64,000 nucleotides of DNA from an uncultured Eubacteriales bacterium (lineage in GTDB: Bacteria; Bacillota; Clostridia; Lachnospirales; JAISER01), in contig CAZJGG010000008.1 of the NCBI GenBank assembly GCA_964545475.1, forward strand, positions 666 to 64,665. The letters run 5' to 3'. A program made the position numbers and the translations under genes. Shown here piece by piece: positions 35,238 through 44,963 of this stretch. Position 1 is the stretch's first letter, and every line of letters starts with the position of its first letter. The notes beneath the pieces are model-generated. The model ran no database searches, had not been told where the DNA came from, and saw only the letters and a program-made list of their open reading frames with translations.

Positions 35238-38200
35238 TTATTCTGCTTTAAAAGCTTCTGAAAAACCATTTTTTGAAGTAGCTTTAGTTCTTACAAAAAT
35301 TGTTTGCCCTTCTTTTATAACAACTTTGTTAATAATGCCTTTTGTCGGAACAGATTTCCATTTTGTAAGTTTTGTATTTGTTAAATCATTTACATTTGCA
35401 TTGGCATCAGCCACTGCGTATTGAAGGGTTTTAGTGAGTACACCTTCACCTGGGATTATTGTTACTTCCGCACCTTTTTCGCCCGGAACAATAGTTACAG
35501 AAACATTAGGTGCGTTGCCGGAAACTAAAGTTTTTACTCCTTTTCTAGGAACGGATGCCGGATAAATTAAGCTTTGTGCGGCTCTAATAAATATTAAATC
35601 CTGATATTGAGCAGACACTGTAACAGTTGGTTTTGTGCCTTCAGTTGGGCAGCCTTTCCAGCTGTTTTCAAAAATAGATGCCTCGTTTTGTGCAAGCTGG
35701 TATTGATAGTTGCTGTATGGTTTAGAAAAAACTAGGCTGGTAGTACCGACAACTCCTGATGAAGTTGATTTAACGCTTGCAGATGGTGCTTTTGGTGCTG
35801 AAATATATTTATTGGATAGAGTTACTGTATCAAAAATTCCGGCTTCGCTTTTTGAATTGGAAAGCAATATTTTGTAGCCTGCTTTTACGGAATTGCTTGG
35901 CACAGATGTTTTTGTAACTTGTCTCCAAGTTATTTTTTTAACACCATCCCAAATAGCGTAATAATATTTAGTTGTTTTTATATCTGTTAAATTAAAGGTT
36001 ATATCAGTTGCCGCTGCTTTTTTAAGGCTTTTGGATACATGAATATAAGTAAATACGTCATCTTCACCATTATTGTTGTCATCGTCATCATCATCGTCAT
36101 CGCCGTCACCATCTCCACCTTCTGTGTCAGAGATTTTTGAGAAGTTTGCTGTAACTGTAACTTTTTTACGAACAGATGTATCCGGTAATGTAAATGAAGT
36201 TTGTTGCGCTGATGCATTTGTAAGAGTGCCGGCTGTAGCTGTCCAGCCATCAAATTTATATCCATTATTAGGGGAAGAAGAAATATTTACTGTATGACCA
36301 GAACCATAAACCCCTTCATGAGGTGTTACAGAGCCGCCACCAGAAGCAACAACAGACAATTCATTATATGGCAAAGCCTTTTTCAAGTTTTCAACAAAAA
36401 ATCTGTTAGCGCCATTTACAATAAAGTTATAGCGGTCTGGGTAACCTGTTAAAGAGTGTACTCCTCCTTTGGCTTCTTTATAGAACAAGTCCGTTGTTCC
36501 GTTTTGAACTCCTGCTTCTTCAAGCCTTGAAACGAACCGTCTTGCATATCCTACGTTTATTGTAGGGTCTGCATCTCCATGAAGTACATATGTAGGAGTC
36601 CCCGGTTTTAATTCATAAAGTTCGTCGAACTCATTTTCAGGAGTTCCCCAAAGTACTGCGGAAGCAATATGCCCGTTGTAGTTAAAGCCACGGTTTGCCT
36701 TAGCATAAGCATAACCTGCAACTGTGCGCCCTCCGGCAGAGCCGCCCGCAGTAAATATATAATTCGGATCAAAGTTATATTTATTTGCGTTTTCTCTAAG
36801 CCAGTTAATAGCTGTGTTTAAGTCTTCGCTAGCATCACGCATTGCAGGCACTTCGTCTGCAGTTGTTGGCATGTCTGAACCTTTTCTAAGGCGATAATCG
36901 ATAGAAGCGGTTACATAACCAAGCTTTGCAAAACGTGTAGCCATTTCAACAATATACCCTTGTTTTCTGGTGGAATCATCTCTAAAGCCGCCACCGTGTA
37001 CGAAAACTATAACAGGTCTGTTGTTTCCGGTCATGCCGTCACCACGATATATATCCATAGATAAATCTATTTCTTTTTGTTTATAATCTCTTAAAGTTGC
37101 AAACTTTTCTTCGGTTACATTAACGGTTGAAAACTGCTCATTAAGATAAACCTCCGGGTTAATCGGCGCATATGAACGTGTGTCAACAGGGATTTCCGCA
37201 GGGGTGTTTGGATCACCGCCGCCCCCTTCAGAGCGTTCAAGCTGTAAAACAAAAGTTCTTTTAGAAACACCATTTGCCGCAGTAACATCCATTTCAAACT
37301 CATTAAGCCCCATTTCTAAGCTTACACGAAATTGGTCTTTAATTAATGTTTTAGCACCATCTTTTACTCTATAAATATTAGCAACTGCACCTACAGGTAT
37401 TTGTGGAATTATACAAACGCTTTCTACTACTTCATTAACTGCGCCTGCATAAACGTTAGGTGGGTTATATTCTTGGAATACTTGCACTGCCCCTCCGATA
37501 ACACCTGTTGCAGTTTGAAAACCTTCTAAAACTTTAAAAGTTGCATCTGTTTTATCGTCCGTAGGAGAACCTGCGCCGGTTGTAACATAAAGCTTCGGAC
37601 GAAGATTAGAGCTCTTTGTATTTATTGAATGAAATTTTAAACCGTTTGAGTTATTTGTTGTAGTAAAAGGTATAAGCCTAAGAGAGAAAGTACCGCCTTT
37701 ACCTACCTTGCTATTATAAAAATCCGTTATATCAACAACACACTGAGAGTTTGAGGATTCTGCATAGAATTGGGTTATATAACCCATATCTCTATTTCCG
37801 GAGGTTAAATCACCGAAAAGCGCTGTTGAAGTTGAACCGTTTTCAAGTATGTTTGGCTGTGTGCCCCATGTCATTCCTGCTTGCCAATCCGAAACTTCAA
37901 AAACACCAACATCATGTTTTACAGAACCGCCGGAATTGCCGCTTATATTTATCTGAAGTTCGACTTTTTCAGCTTTTGCTGTGGGTGCATTAAAAGTAAG
38001 GTAAGGTGCTCTCGGGCCGCTTGTAGACGGAAGCTTTATAAGCATATCTTCTGCGTTATCAAAAATATTTACAGAACCACCCTCAACATAAGTAGTTTTT
38101 GTGGGGTAATCAATTTTAACGCCTTCTGGCAAACGATCAATTGTTAAAGTGTACTCTAATTGAGCATCCCAGTCTTCTGCTGTTGTTTTTATTAAAACAG

Positions 38201-41200
38201 TATTTTTTCCAGCGTTGAGGTTTGCGGTTACCGTAAAATTTTCGTCTTGTTCTACAACTTGACCGTTTACTTTAACTACTTGTGGTGAAGCAGGAGTTTT
38301 TTCTGTTTGCTGTTCGGATTTAATTGTAACAACACTTGTTTCATATGGAACAAGTGCGCTATAATCTTTAACGCTGTCAGTAAGGTTTGGGCTTATTGCA
38401 ATGTTTTCTAAACCATCCATAACCTTAAGTGTTTTAAGCTTAGCATTATTATCAAGCCCAGATGCGCCATTTGTAATTACTAAACTAGGTTTAGTTTGTT
38501 CAGATGCACCTGTTGAAGTTGAGTTTATAGAATAAACAAGGTTGTTTGGTGTTGTGCTTGATTGGGACATAACAGTAACAATTAAAGTTAATGTTAAAGG
38601 ACCGCTTACACCTTGTGCTTTATCTTTTAATATATCTGTTATATTAGCGTCAAGCTTTACGCCACGTGAATTTGCAAATGGAATATCAACAGCACCATCT
38701 TTGTTTCTGAAAGTATCTGCATACCATGGATGACTTGTATTAAATGCATCGTAGTAAGTTTTAGCTTCAGCGCTACCATTAGCACCCGGGCTTAGTTCGT
38801 TTGAAACCGGTTGGGATGCCCATGTCATAGGGGTAGCTAAAGTTACAGGCTGCTCCGTAACAAATAGTCCTAGTTGAGAGGTATGAGTGCCAGCAGTGCC
38901 ACTGCTTGTATCTAACACTATAGAAAACAAGCCTTTGTTAAAGTCGTTTTCTTTAATTTTAGCTACATCGTCAGCAGAAAGCTCTAAAGTATAGTATATA
39001 AGCCTACATGCTGTGGCACCTGCGTTTTTTAATGCTAGGTTTGCCGTACCATTTACAATGCCGCCGCCGCCGTCGTTACTATGTAAGAAAACGTCTTGTG
39101 TTGGAATAATGGTGCGCGTATCAAGTACAGAATCTACAACTGTAAAGCTTCTTCTGTAATCAACTCCGTTGTATGAGTAAGTAACATGTTGCACGCCTTT
39201 GCTTTTTGTGCTGATAGCATTAGGTGTTATTGTTAAACCGGTTAAATCTGCGCCGCCGTTTATAGTAACGCCTTGTTTAAGGAAGTCTTCACCTAATTCA
39301 TAGTTTGGAGCAGAGCCGGAAAGCCTTTGAGCTGTTCCATTTTCAAAACCAACAGGTGTTACGCCGCCTTGGAATTGAATAGGTCCAATATCCGGCGTTG
39401 ATTGGTTTATTGAATTTCCTGAAATATCTGTAGACGGCATACCTGAAATTTGTTTGCCTGCGCCTATAGCCGGAGAATCACTTCGTAATTTGTAACCATC
39501 AAACATTGCTTTGAAAGTATCAAAGTTGAAGTTTGTTTTATTCCCTCCGTTAAGAGTACGTTTGCCTGGGGCTTTGCCCGGGAAAATTAATTTAGGGTCT
39601 AAATATATATTGTTTTGGCCGATTCCGGCTTGAATACCAGAGTCCGGTTTTGCACCAATACCGTAAAAAATGTTATTGTCTATATCACGGTTAATAACAA
39701 CCTCTGTAGAGCCGTTGTTACGCTTTCCGTCTGGGGATATTAAGTGGTAAACATAGTTACTATCGCTGTAAACGATATTGTTGTAGAACTTATAATCAAG
39801 AACCCCCGAGTAGTTTCCGCCGCTTCTTTTATAAGTTTCGTAAATAACAGGTATATCTTCTGTATAACCAGTGGATGTACCCTTGGGGTGGGTAGGAATA
39901 ACTTTTTCTCCAATATAAAAGAGGTTATTATAAATTTGTGTATTAATGAAATTATAGTTTAAGTTCAAAATACGCCCACGGTCGTTTTGGCTTACATTGT
40001 AGCGCACAACAATATCTTTGTCTGATGCAACTGTACAGAATGTTATAAGCCCGAAGTTATTATCATGGGTGTAATTATATTCCCAAACTGTACCGGGACT
40101 GTAAAAGTCTGCATCGAAGCCGCTTCCGTCCAAATCATGGTGCTCTCTGTTGTCATAAGCTTCGTTGTAACGGAAAGTTGTTCCGTAAACGGTACGGCTC
40201 ATAATTGAGTTTCCGCTTCCTGCACGGTCGGAAATGTTATGAACTATATTTTTTTCAACAACACATGTTTCATCCGTTAAACGGATTATCATTGCATTTT
40301 TTCCTGTATCTGTTACAAGATTATCTCTAATTGCAACGTTTGACCATTTCATATCGTTCCAGGAAAGTTTTTCGCTAGAACCGAGAACGTCTTTCTTTTC
40401 AGCAGCTTCAGCGGGATCTCCTGTAGGTCTAAAATTTGTAGAAAACCCGTTACTGCCCATTGTATCTGAGGTTGTGCCGTAAAATTGGTTAACTGTATTT
40501 CCGCCAGATCCCCAGTTAAAATAACCGTCAAAAAATATACCGGTGCTGTTAACTCTCTCAACAACACAACCCTCTATTACAACATCTTCAAAGCGAGGTT
40601 TTTCCGGCTTTGAGGAAACGGCTGTAACTGCAAAACCTATGCCGCCTGTCATTTTGCTAACGTTTGTTCCCTCAACAAGCCCTGTAACATCGTGTACATA
40701 AAGGTCTTTAAGGGTTACGCCTTTAAGAGTTCCGTCATCTCGGTTTTCAACAAACACCCCTGCTAAAAAGTTTCCGGTACCAATGCCAGAACCTGTAACA
40801 GTTAACCCTGGCGTTATGTTTGTAACCTCAATATCACTTACTGTAACATAAGCTGCATTATACAAATAAATGGATGCGTTTGGAACAGGGTTGCCGGATG
40901 TTGCTCTCATGTCATTATCTGTACCGCTTATGTTTGAAGGGTTTTGCCCTGTTCCGTTAATAATCGGCTTATTTCCGCTTCCGTAAGCCCCAACGGTTAT
41001 TTCGTTGCCGTTAGTTCCTTTTCCTTGGATTTTTAAAGTTCCCTCAAAAATAGAACCTCTTTCCAAAAAAACTTTATCTCCCGGAGCTAAAACTAAATTG
41101 TCTAGCTTTGAAAGGTTTCTCCATGGCGAGCCTTCGCTGCCGTTGTTGCTGTCATTGCCGTTAGTTGAGGAAAAATAATAGCTTGTTCCTCCTGTTGATT

Positions 41201-41480
41201 GTGTAAGCTCTAACGGTGTTGCTAATGGTGCAGCAATTTGTTGTAAATTCTCATCTAGGTTTTCTTCTGTATTATTGTTTGTATCCTTTTCTTTGTCGTC
41301 AGAGGGCGGAATTTCACTTTCGCCTTCGACATCTGTATCCTCTATTGGTAAGTTGTCACCATTATCAATTGGGGTTGAAACATCTTCAATTGAAGTGTCA
41401 TCAGCAAATGCATAAAATGAAGCATTTGTAAAGCATAATGCAAATATAAGTAAAAAAGCTATACTTCGTTTAAACATCAT
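35238..41480 (-). CDS. Giant (~2,080 aa) secreted multidomain polysaccharide-active enzyme combining a right-handed beta-helix and an alpha/beta-hydrolase carbohydrate esterase
   Basis: AAGGGTG RBS precedes ATG 41480 (MMFKRSIAFLLIFALCFTNASFYAFA signal peptide). Next come an acidic linker and a beta-helix-type N-terminal region (SPWRNLSKL..LAPGDKVFLERG). It has cadherin-like/Ig-like modules and an esterase core with HGGG (VIVFVHGGGF), GGSAGG and HGDADP motifs. It also has a Listeria-Bacteroides-type repeat (GYKFDGWT), a D8 linker, and three C-terminal ~90-aa beta modules. Confidence 0.8.
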   Translation of the reverse strand: MMFKRSIAFLLIFALCFTNASFYAFADDTSIEDVSTPIDNGDNLPIEDTDVEGESEIPPSDDKEKDTNNNTEENLDENLQQIAAPLATPLELTQSTGGTSYYFSSTNGNDSNNGSEGSPWRNLSKLDNLVLAPGDKVFLERGSIFEGTLKIQGKGTNGNEITVGAYGSGNKPIINGTGQNPSNISGTDNDMRATSGNPVPNASIYLYNAAYVTVSDIEVTNITPGLTVTGSGIGTGNFLAGVFVENRDDGTLKGVTLKDLYVHDVTGLVEGTNVSKMTGGIGFAVTAVSSKPEKPRFEDVVIEGCVVERVNSTGIFFDGYFNWGSGGNTVNQFYGTTSDTMGSNGFSTNFRPTGDPAEAAEKKDVLGSSEKLSWNDMKWSNVAIRDNLVTDTGKNAMIIRLTDETCVVEKNIVHNISDRAGSGNSIMSRTVYGTTFRYNEAYDNREHHDLDGSGFDADFYSPGTVWEYNYTHDNNFGLITFCTVASDKDIVVRYNVSQNDRGRILNLNYNFINTQIYNNLFYIGEKVIPTHPKGTSTGYTEDIPVIYETYKRSGGNYSGVLDYKFYNNIVYSDSNYVYHLISPDGKRNNGSTEVVINRDIDNNIFYGIGAKPDSGIQAGIGQNNIYLDPKLIFPGKAPGKRTLNGGNKTNFNFDTFKAMFDGYKLRSDSPAIGAGKQISGMPSTDISGNSINQSTPDIGPIQFQGGVTPVGFENGTAQRLSGSAPNYELGEDFLKQGVTINGGADLTGLTITPNAISTKSKGVQHVTYSYNGVDYRRSFTVVDSVLDTRTIIPTQDVFLHSNDGGGGIVNGTANLALKNAGATACRLIYYTLELSADDVAKIKENDFNKGLFSIVLDTSSGTAGTHTSQLGLFVTEQPVTLATPMTWASQPVSNELSPGANGSAEAKTYYDAFNTSHPWYADTFRNKDGAVDIPFANSRGVKLDANITDILKDKAQGVSGPLTLTLIVTVMSQSSTTPNNLVYSINSTSTGASEQTKPSLVITNGASGLDNNAKLKTLKVMDGLENIAISPNLTDSVKDYSALVPYETSVVTIKSEQQTEKTPASPQVVKVNGQVVEQDENFTVTANLNAGKNTVLIKTTAEDWDAQLEYTLTIDRLPEGVKIDYPTKTTYVEGGSVNIFDNAEDMLIKLPSTSGPRAPYLTFNAPTAKAEKVELQINISGNSGGSVKHDVGVFEVSDWQAGMTWGTQPNILENGSTSTALFGDLTSGNRDMGYITQFYAESSNSQCVVDITDFYNSKVGKGGTFSLRLIPFTTTNNSNGLKFHSINTKSSNLRPKLYVTTGAGSPTDDKTDATFKVLEGFQTATGVIGGAVQVFQEYNPPNVYAGAVNEVVESVCIIPQIPVGAVANIYRVKDGAKTLIKDQFRVSLEMGLNEFEMDVTAANGVSKRTFVLQLERSEGGGGDPNTPAEIPVDTRSYAPINPEVYLNEQFSTVNVTEEKFATLRDYKQKEIDLSMDIYRGDGMTGNNRPVIVFVHGGGFRDDSTRKQGYIVEMATRFAKLGYVTASIDYRLRKGSDMPTTADEVPAMRDASEDLNTAINWLRENANKYNFDPNYIFTAGGSAGGRTVAGYAYAKANRGFNYNGHIASAVLWGTPENEFDELYELKPGTPTYVLHGDADPTINVGYARRFVSRLEEAGVQNGTTDLFYKEAKGGVHSLTGYPDRYNFIVNGANRFFVENLKKALPYNELSVVASGGGSVTPHEGVYGSGHTVNISSSPNNGYKFDGWTATAGTLTNASAQQTSFTLPDTSVRKKVTVTANFSKISDTEGGDGDGDDDDDDDDNNNGEDDVFTYIHVSKSLKKAAATDITFNLTDIKTTKYYYAIWDGVKKITWRQVTKTSVPSNSVKAGYKILLSNSKSEAGIFDTVTLSNKYISAPKAPSASVKSTSSGVVGTTSLVFSKPYSNYQYQLAQNEASIFENSWKGCPTEGTKPTVTVSAQYQDLIFIRAAQSLIYPASVPRKGVKTLVSGNAPNVSVTIVPGEKGAEVTIIPGEGVLTKTLQYAVADANANVNDLTNTKLTKWKSVPTKGIINKVVIKEGQTIFVRTKATSKNGFSEAFKAE

Positions 41481-41493
41481 AAAAACACCCTTT

Positions 41494-42225
41494 CTAATTA
41501 AGATCAATTGTGAGCCAAAATAAAAGCCTTGGCTTAACTCTATAGCCATTAGCAGTTTCAGAAACAATCCGTTCAAAAGCTCTGTTGCAATATAGGTTTA
41601 AAACTGTGTCTTTAACTTCCTCAAAAGGTTTTAACTCTTTTGATTCCTCTTCGCCTTCTATTGAAGGGTATACATAATTTTGTTTTGTCTCTTTATAAAG
41701 GGCTAGCAAATCATCTTCTGTAAATTCAACTTCATTTTCTATAACCTTATATTTAACAGCAATTTCTAAATTGGATATATAATAGTCATAGAAGCGGTTA
41801 AATTCTTGAGTAAAGACTTCTCCATTGGTTTCATCTTTTATAATTCCCCCAGTTGCGCCAAAATCCTCGGCAATGCTTTCAAACGAAACATCGTCTGTAA
41901 GCCCGTATTTTACGGCTAAAGACTGGATTACCTTTATACGAGCCAGCTCATTGGCTGCCGAATTTTTTGCGTATTCAAGGGGCGTTGTTCCGTCTACCTT
42001 TGTTTTCCAGAAATCTTTACCAAACTCCAAATTGTACTGCCTGTTAAAGTAAGATGCGGTTTCTGCTCGTTTTTTTTGTATAAAAAACAGCAGTTCGTCT
42101 TTTCTTACATTGAAACTATCAATTTTAACAACAACAGGATTTTTAGAAAACACCGGTAATATAGCAGTAATAAATACAACTGAAAAAATCAGTAAAAGGC
42201 AGAGAAACATTTTTTTATTACGCAA
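41494..42225 (-). CDS. Membrane-anchored hypothetical protein, SurA/PrsA N-terminal-like with no PPIase domain recognised
   Basis: The likely start is TTG 42225, 9 nt after GGAGGG, giving MRNKKMFLCLLLIF.. as a signal anchor. The gene ends 13 nt upstream of the giant enzyme gene. Confidence 0.55.
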   Translation of the reverse strand: MRNKKMFLCLLLIFSVVFITAILPVFSKNPVVVKIDSFNVRKDELLFFIQKKRAETASYFNRQYNLEFGKDFWKTKVDGTTPLEYAKNSAANELARIKVIQSLAVKYGLTDDVSFESIAEDFGATGGIIKDETNGEVFTQEFNRFYDYYISNLEIAVKYKVIENEVEFTEDDLLALYKETKQNYVYPSIEGEEESKELKPFEEVKDTVLNLYCNRAFERIVSETANGYRVKPRLLFWLTIDLN

Positions 42226-42243
42226 AATATAAAGTCCCTCCAA

Positions 42244-43086
42244 TTAAATTCCAAGTGAACTGTAAAATTCATTGAGCCATTGCTGCTGCAATTCTTCTGT
42301 GATTTTTTCTTCAATTAATAGGTTGAGGACCTCATACTGAAATCTTTTCCAGCTTCCGGCTTCGCTTCCAATAATAATAGGATAAAACCAAACGCCATTT
42401 TCAAGAGCGGCATTTATATCGCCTACTGCGTCGCCAATCATTATTACCTTTTTTGAGGAGTAGCCTTTTTCAAGTAAGCTTGCAATGCAATAAGCTTTGC
42501 TTCCGGCTTCTTGAGACAACAATATGTTTATAAAGCTAGTTAAACCGTGTTCTTCCCATTCGCTTTCCAGTGCAATCCTGTTTGCAGAACTTACCCCTGC
42601 AATATCGCAAAGGCGGGAAGCGGTGTGCAAAGCTTCCTTTGCGCCGGGAAACGGCTTGTTATTAACCTGCTCTGATAATGCAACAATTGCTTTGTTGGTT
42701 GCAATGCTCCATTCAAGAACTTTTTGCATACATTGGTTGTTATCGTTTGCAAGAGCAATTTCTAAAGCACGGTTTGATAGCTCTGGGCTGTTTTCACAAA
42801 ACTTTTTAAAAGTTTCAAAGCCATTTGGCTTAATGTTTAGATCTGTTAAAGCCTGTAAACAGCCTTTAAACCGGTTTATGCCTCTTGTCTTTGAATATAA
42901 GTTTATTTTTAGCCATTTGTTTATAGCCTCTTCGCTACGCTCTTGCAGTTCAAAAGCCTCAACGAAACATGGGGCAAAGCATTTTTCATGCTTTATGTTC
43001 ATAACGTCCATAACACAGCCGTCAGAATCTGCACAAATTAAAAAATCATGTTTTTTTATGTAACCTTGGAATATATCTCTGCTCAT
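42244..43086 (-). CDS. HAD-superfamily hydrolase
   Basis: GAGGT precedes ATG 43086. It has the nucleophile motif ADSDGCVMD and the distal motif GDAVGD. Confidence 0.7.
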   Translation of the reverse strand: MSRDIFQGYIKKHDFLICADSDGCVMDVMNIKHEKCFAPCFVEAFELQERSEEAINKWLKINLYSKTRGINRFKGCLQALTDLNIKPNGFETFKKFCENSPELSNRALEIALANDNNQCMQKVLEWSIATNKAIVALSEQVNNKPFPGAKEALHTASRLCDIAGVSSANRIALESEWEEHGLTSFINILLSQEAGSKAYCIASLLEKGYSSKKVIMIGDAVGDINAALENGVWFYPIIIGSEAGSWKRFQYEVLNLLIEEKITEELQQQWLNEFYSSLGI

Positions 43087-43102
43087 ACTCTTTACCTCAT
43101 TT

Positions 43103-44827
43103 TTAAAAACATACTTGTTCTTTAGCATCTGGGTTTTTACCAAACAAAGTTTGGGCAACAGCTGCTATGTTTTCACGCCCAGACGGACAAAAGCTTACAA
43201 CGGCGTTTTCAATGTATTGGGGCACGCCGAAAGCTTCATATGGCGTGTTACTAACAATAACTACAGGTGTGCCGTATTTAACAATCTCAGGCAAAAGAGA
43301 AGTCATAGCAGCGTGAGAGCGGTAATTGTAATAACTAGTGCATACAATTGTGTCAAATGATTCATTATTAAGGCGTTCTAATATAGCCTGTTTGTCACTG
43401 TCAGTAAATTTTTCATGAATTAACAATGAGTGCACGTTATCGCTGTGTTTTCTCATTTCTTCATATAACACGCCTGCATGAACGTATGTTGTATTAATAA
43501 AAGAATGGAAATGGTGAATTTGTTCAATTAATAAAATCTTTTTATCTGGCTGTAAAGGCAAGGCGGAACCTTTTTTTAATACAACAGTGCTCTTTTTCGC
43601 CGCTTCTTCAGCAAAGCTTTTTACTTCATTGTCGTTAAACAATTCTCCGGCGGCATTTTCATCAACTTTGCCTCCGTTTATATGCAAGCCCATATCGTAA
43701 CGCATTGCCAAAACACGCATAACGCTTTCATCAATACGTTTTTCTGTTATACGCCCGTTTCGCACAGCTTCCAGCACCTTTTCGATTACGTATATGGTTG
43801 CAGGAGATTCACTGCGGAAAAGCATAAGGTCGCACCCTGCTTCGATACAACGAATTACTGCTTCAGACAACTCATATTTGTCTAACAAGCCACGCATTTG
43901 AATGTTATCTGTAGTGACTACCCCTTTGAATTTTAGCTCATTGCGCAACAAGTTTGTTATAATTTCTTTGTTAGTTGCGGCAGGAATGTTTCCTCCGCCT
44001 AAAGCCGGGTATGCTGTAAACGCCGCCATAATTGCCGGCAGACCATTTTCAATTAATACTTTAAAAGGTTTTATATGTTCATTTAACATTTCTTCTTTGT
44101 CTATATCAATGCTTGGTAATGCAAAATGCGCATCTTCGCAAGATGAACCTCGCCCGGGGAAATGCTTGCCTGTACATGAAATTCCTGCTTCGCTATATCC
44201 TCTCAAAGACTCAACTGCATATTTAATAACAATATCAGCGTTAGGCCCATAAGAACGAGGACCAATTTCTGGGTTCAAGGGATTTGTGTTAACATCAAGT
44301 ACCGGGGAATGAATCATATTTGCCCCCAAAGCTCGTGCTTGTTTCCCAGCGTAAAGCCCGGTTTTATATGCTATCTCCGGTTCGTTTGTTGCGGCAAGCC
44401 CCATAGGGTAGGGGAACAATCTTTGAGAAAACAGGAAATCTGCACCCTCTCCCTCTTGGTCGTATGCAAAATGTAGACCAATGCTGTCTTTGCGTTCAAG
44501 AGCCAAATCCCTTAAGTAATTTAAAGTCCCGGCATATTCAGTTGGGGTACAATAAATACGCTTTGTTTGCAAATCCGCCGGAACATCAAATGTATCTTTA
44601 TCAGCTAAAGAGTAGTTAACTTCGTCTCTTTTATATATTCTGCTCTCGGCAGAACCGCTATGGAACTTTTGGGCAATTCTAAAACCGCCTACATGATACT
44701 TTGTAATTAGCTCTTTTACAGCAGGTGTTACAACAGGGCCTTGAAACCCAAAAACCATTAATTGACCAACCTTTTGTTCAAGGGTTAGATTTCCCATTAA
44801 GGTGTCAATCCATTTTTCCTTAGACAT
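43103..44827 (-). CDS. Glycoside hydrolase family 3 (NagZ-like beta-N-acetylhexosaminidase / beta-glucosidase-like)
   Basis: GGAGGT precedes ATG 44827. It has the KHFPGRGSS..D.H motif and a GH3 N-terminal domain pattern (GGFRIA, SPVLDV), and no signal peptide. Confidence 0.8.
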   Translation of the reverse strand: MSKEKWIDTLMGNLTLEQKVGQLMVFGFQGPVVTPAVKELITKYHVGGFRIAQKFHSGSAESRIYKRDEVNYSLADKDTFDVPADLQTKRIYCTPTEYAGTLNYLRDLALERKDSIGLHFAYDQEGEGADFLFSQRLFPYPMGLAATNEPEIAYKTGLYAGKQARALGANMIHSPVLDVNTNPLNPEIGPRSYGPNADIVIKYAVESLRGYSEAGISCTGKHFPGRGSSCEDAHFALPSIDIDKEEMLNEHIKPFKVLIENGLPAIMAAFTAYPALGGGNIPAATNKEIITNLLRNELKFKGVVTTDNIQMRGLLDKYELSEAVIRCIEAGCDLMLFRSESPATIYVIEKVLEAVRNGRITEKRIDESVMRVLAMRYDMGLHINGGKVDENAAGELFNDNEVKSFAEEAAKKSTVVLKKGSALPLQPDKKILLIEQIHHFHSFINTTYVHAGVLYEEMRKHSDNVHSLLIHEKFTDSDKQAILERLNNESFDTIVCTSYYNYRSHAAMTSLLPEIVKYGTPVVIVSNTPYEAFGVPQYIENAVVSFCPSGRENIAAVAQTLFGKNPDAKEQVCF

Positions 44828-44852
44828 TTTTATGACCTCCTTCAACAATAAA

Positions 44853-44959
44853 GCGGCAGACTTAACGCCTGCCGCAAATTCTAAATATAACAATTCAAAG
44901 ATAAAATAAATTTTTGAATTGCCTTAGTCAATGATTAAAACCAATTCTAAATCATTGAC
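44853..44959 (-). promoter_or_regulatory. Three intercistronic stem-loops between the binding-protein gene and GH3 (attenuator or mRNA-stabiliser candidates)
   Basis: The stems are GTCAATGATT/AATCATTGAC (44927-36/44950-59), CAATTCAAA/TTTGAATTG (44891-99/44913-21) and the GC-rich GCGGCAG/CTGCCGC (44853-59/44869-75). The last is followed on the minus strand by TTTATTGTT. Confidence 0.5.
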
Positions 44960-44963
44960 ATAC

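Noticed and set aside
41481-41576. A 32-codon N-terminal extension of the giant ORF (MNGLFLKLLMAIELSQ...) overlaps the upstream gene.
   Set aside because: The extension overlaps the 3' end of the 41494-42225 gene and has no RBS. ATG 41480 follows AAGGGTG at proper spacing and starts a canonical signal peptide.
42524-43063. A 179-aa plus-strand ORF lies inside the HAD hydrolase gene. Similar antisense ORFs occur at 3764-4228, 3484-3840, 59045-59482 and 10362-10685.
   Set aside because: All lie antisense within genes that have clear homology-type motifs. They lack RBSs and have compositionally biased translations, so I treat them as shadow ORFs.
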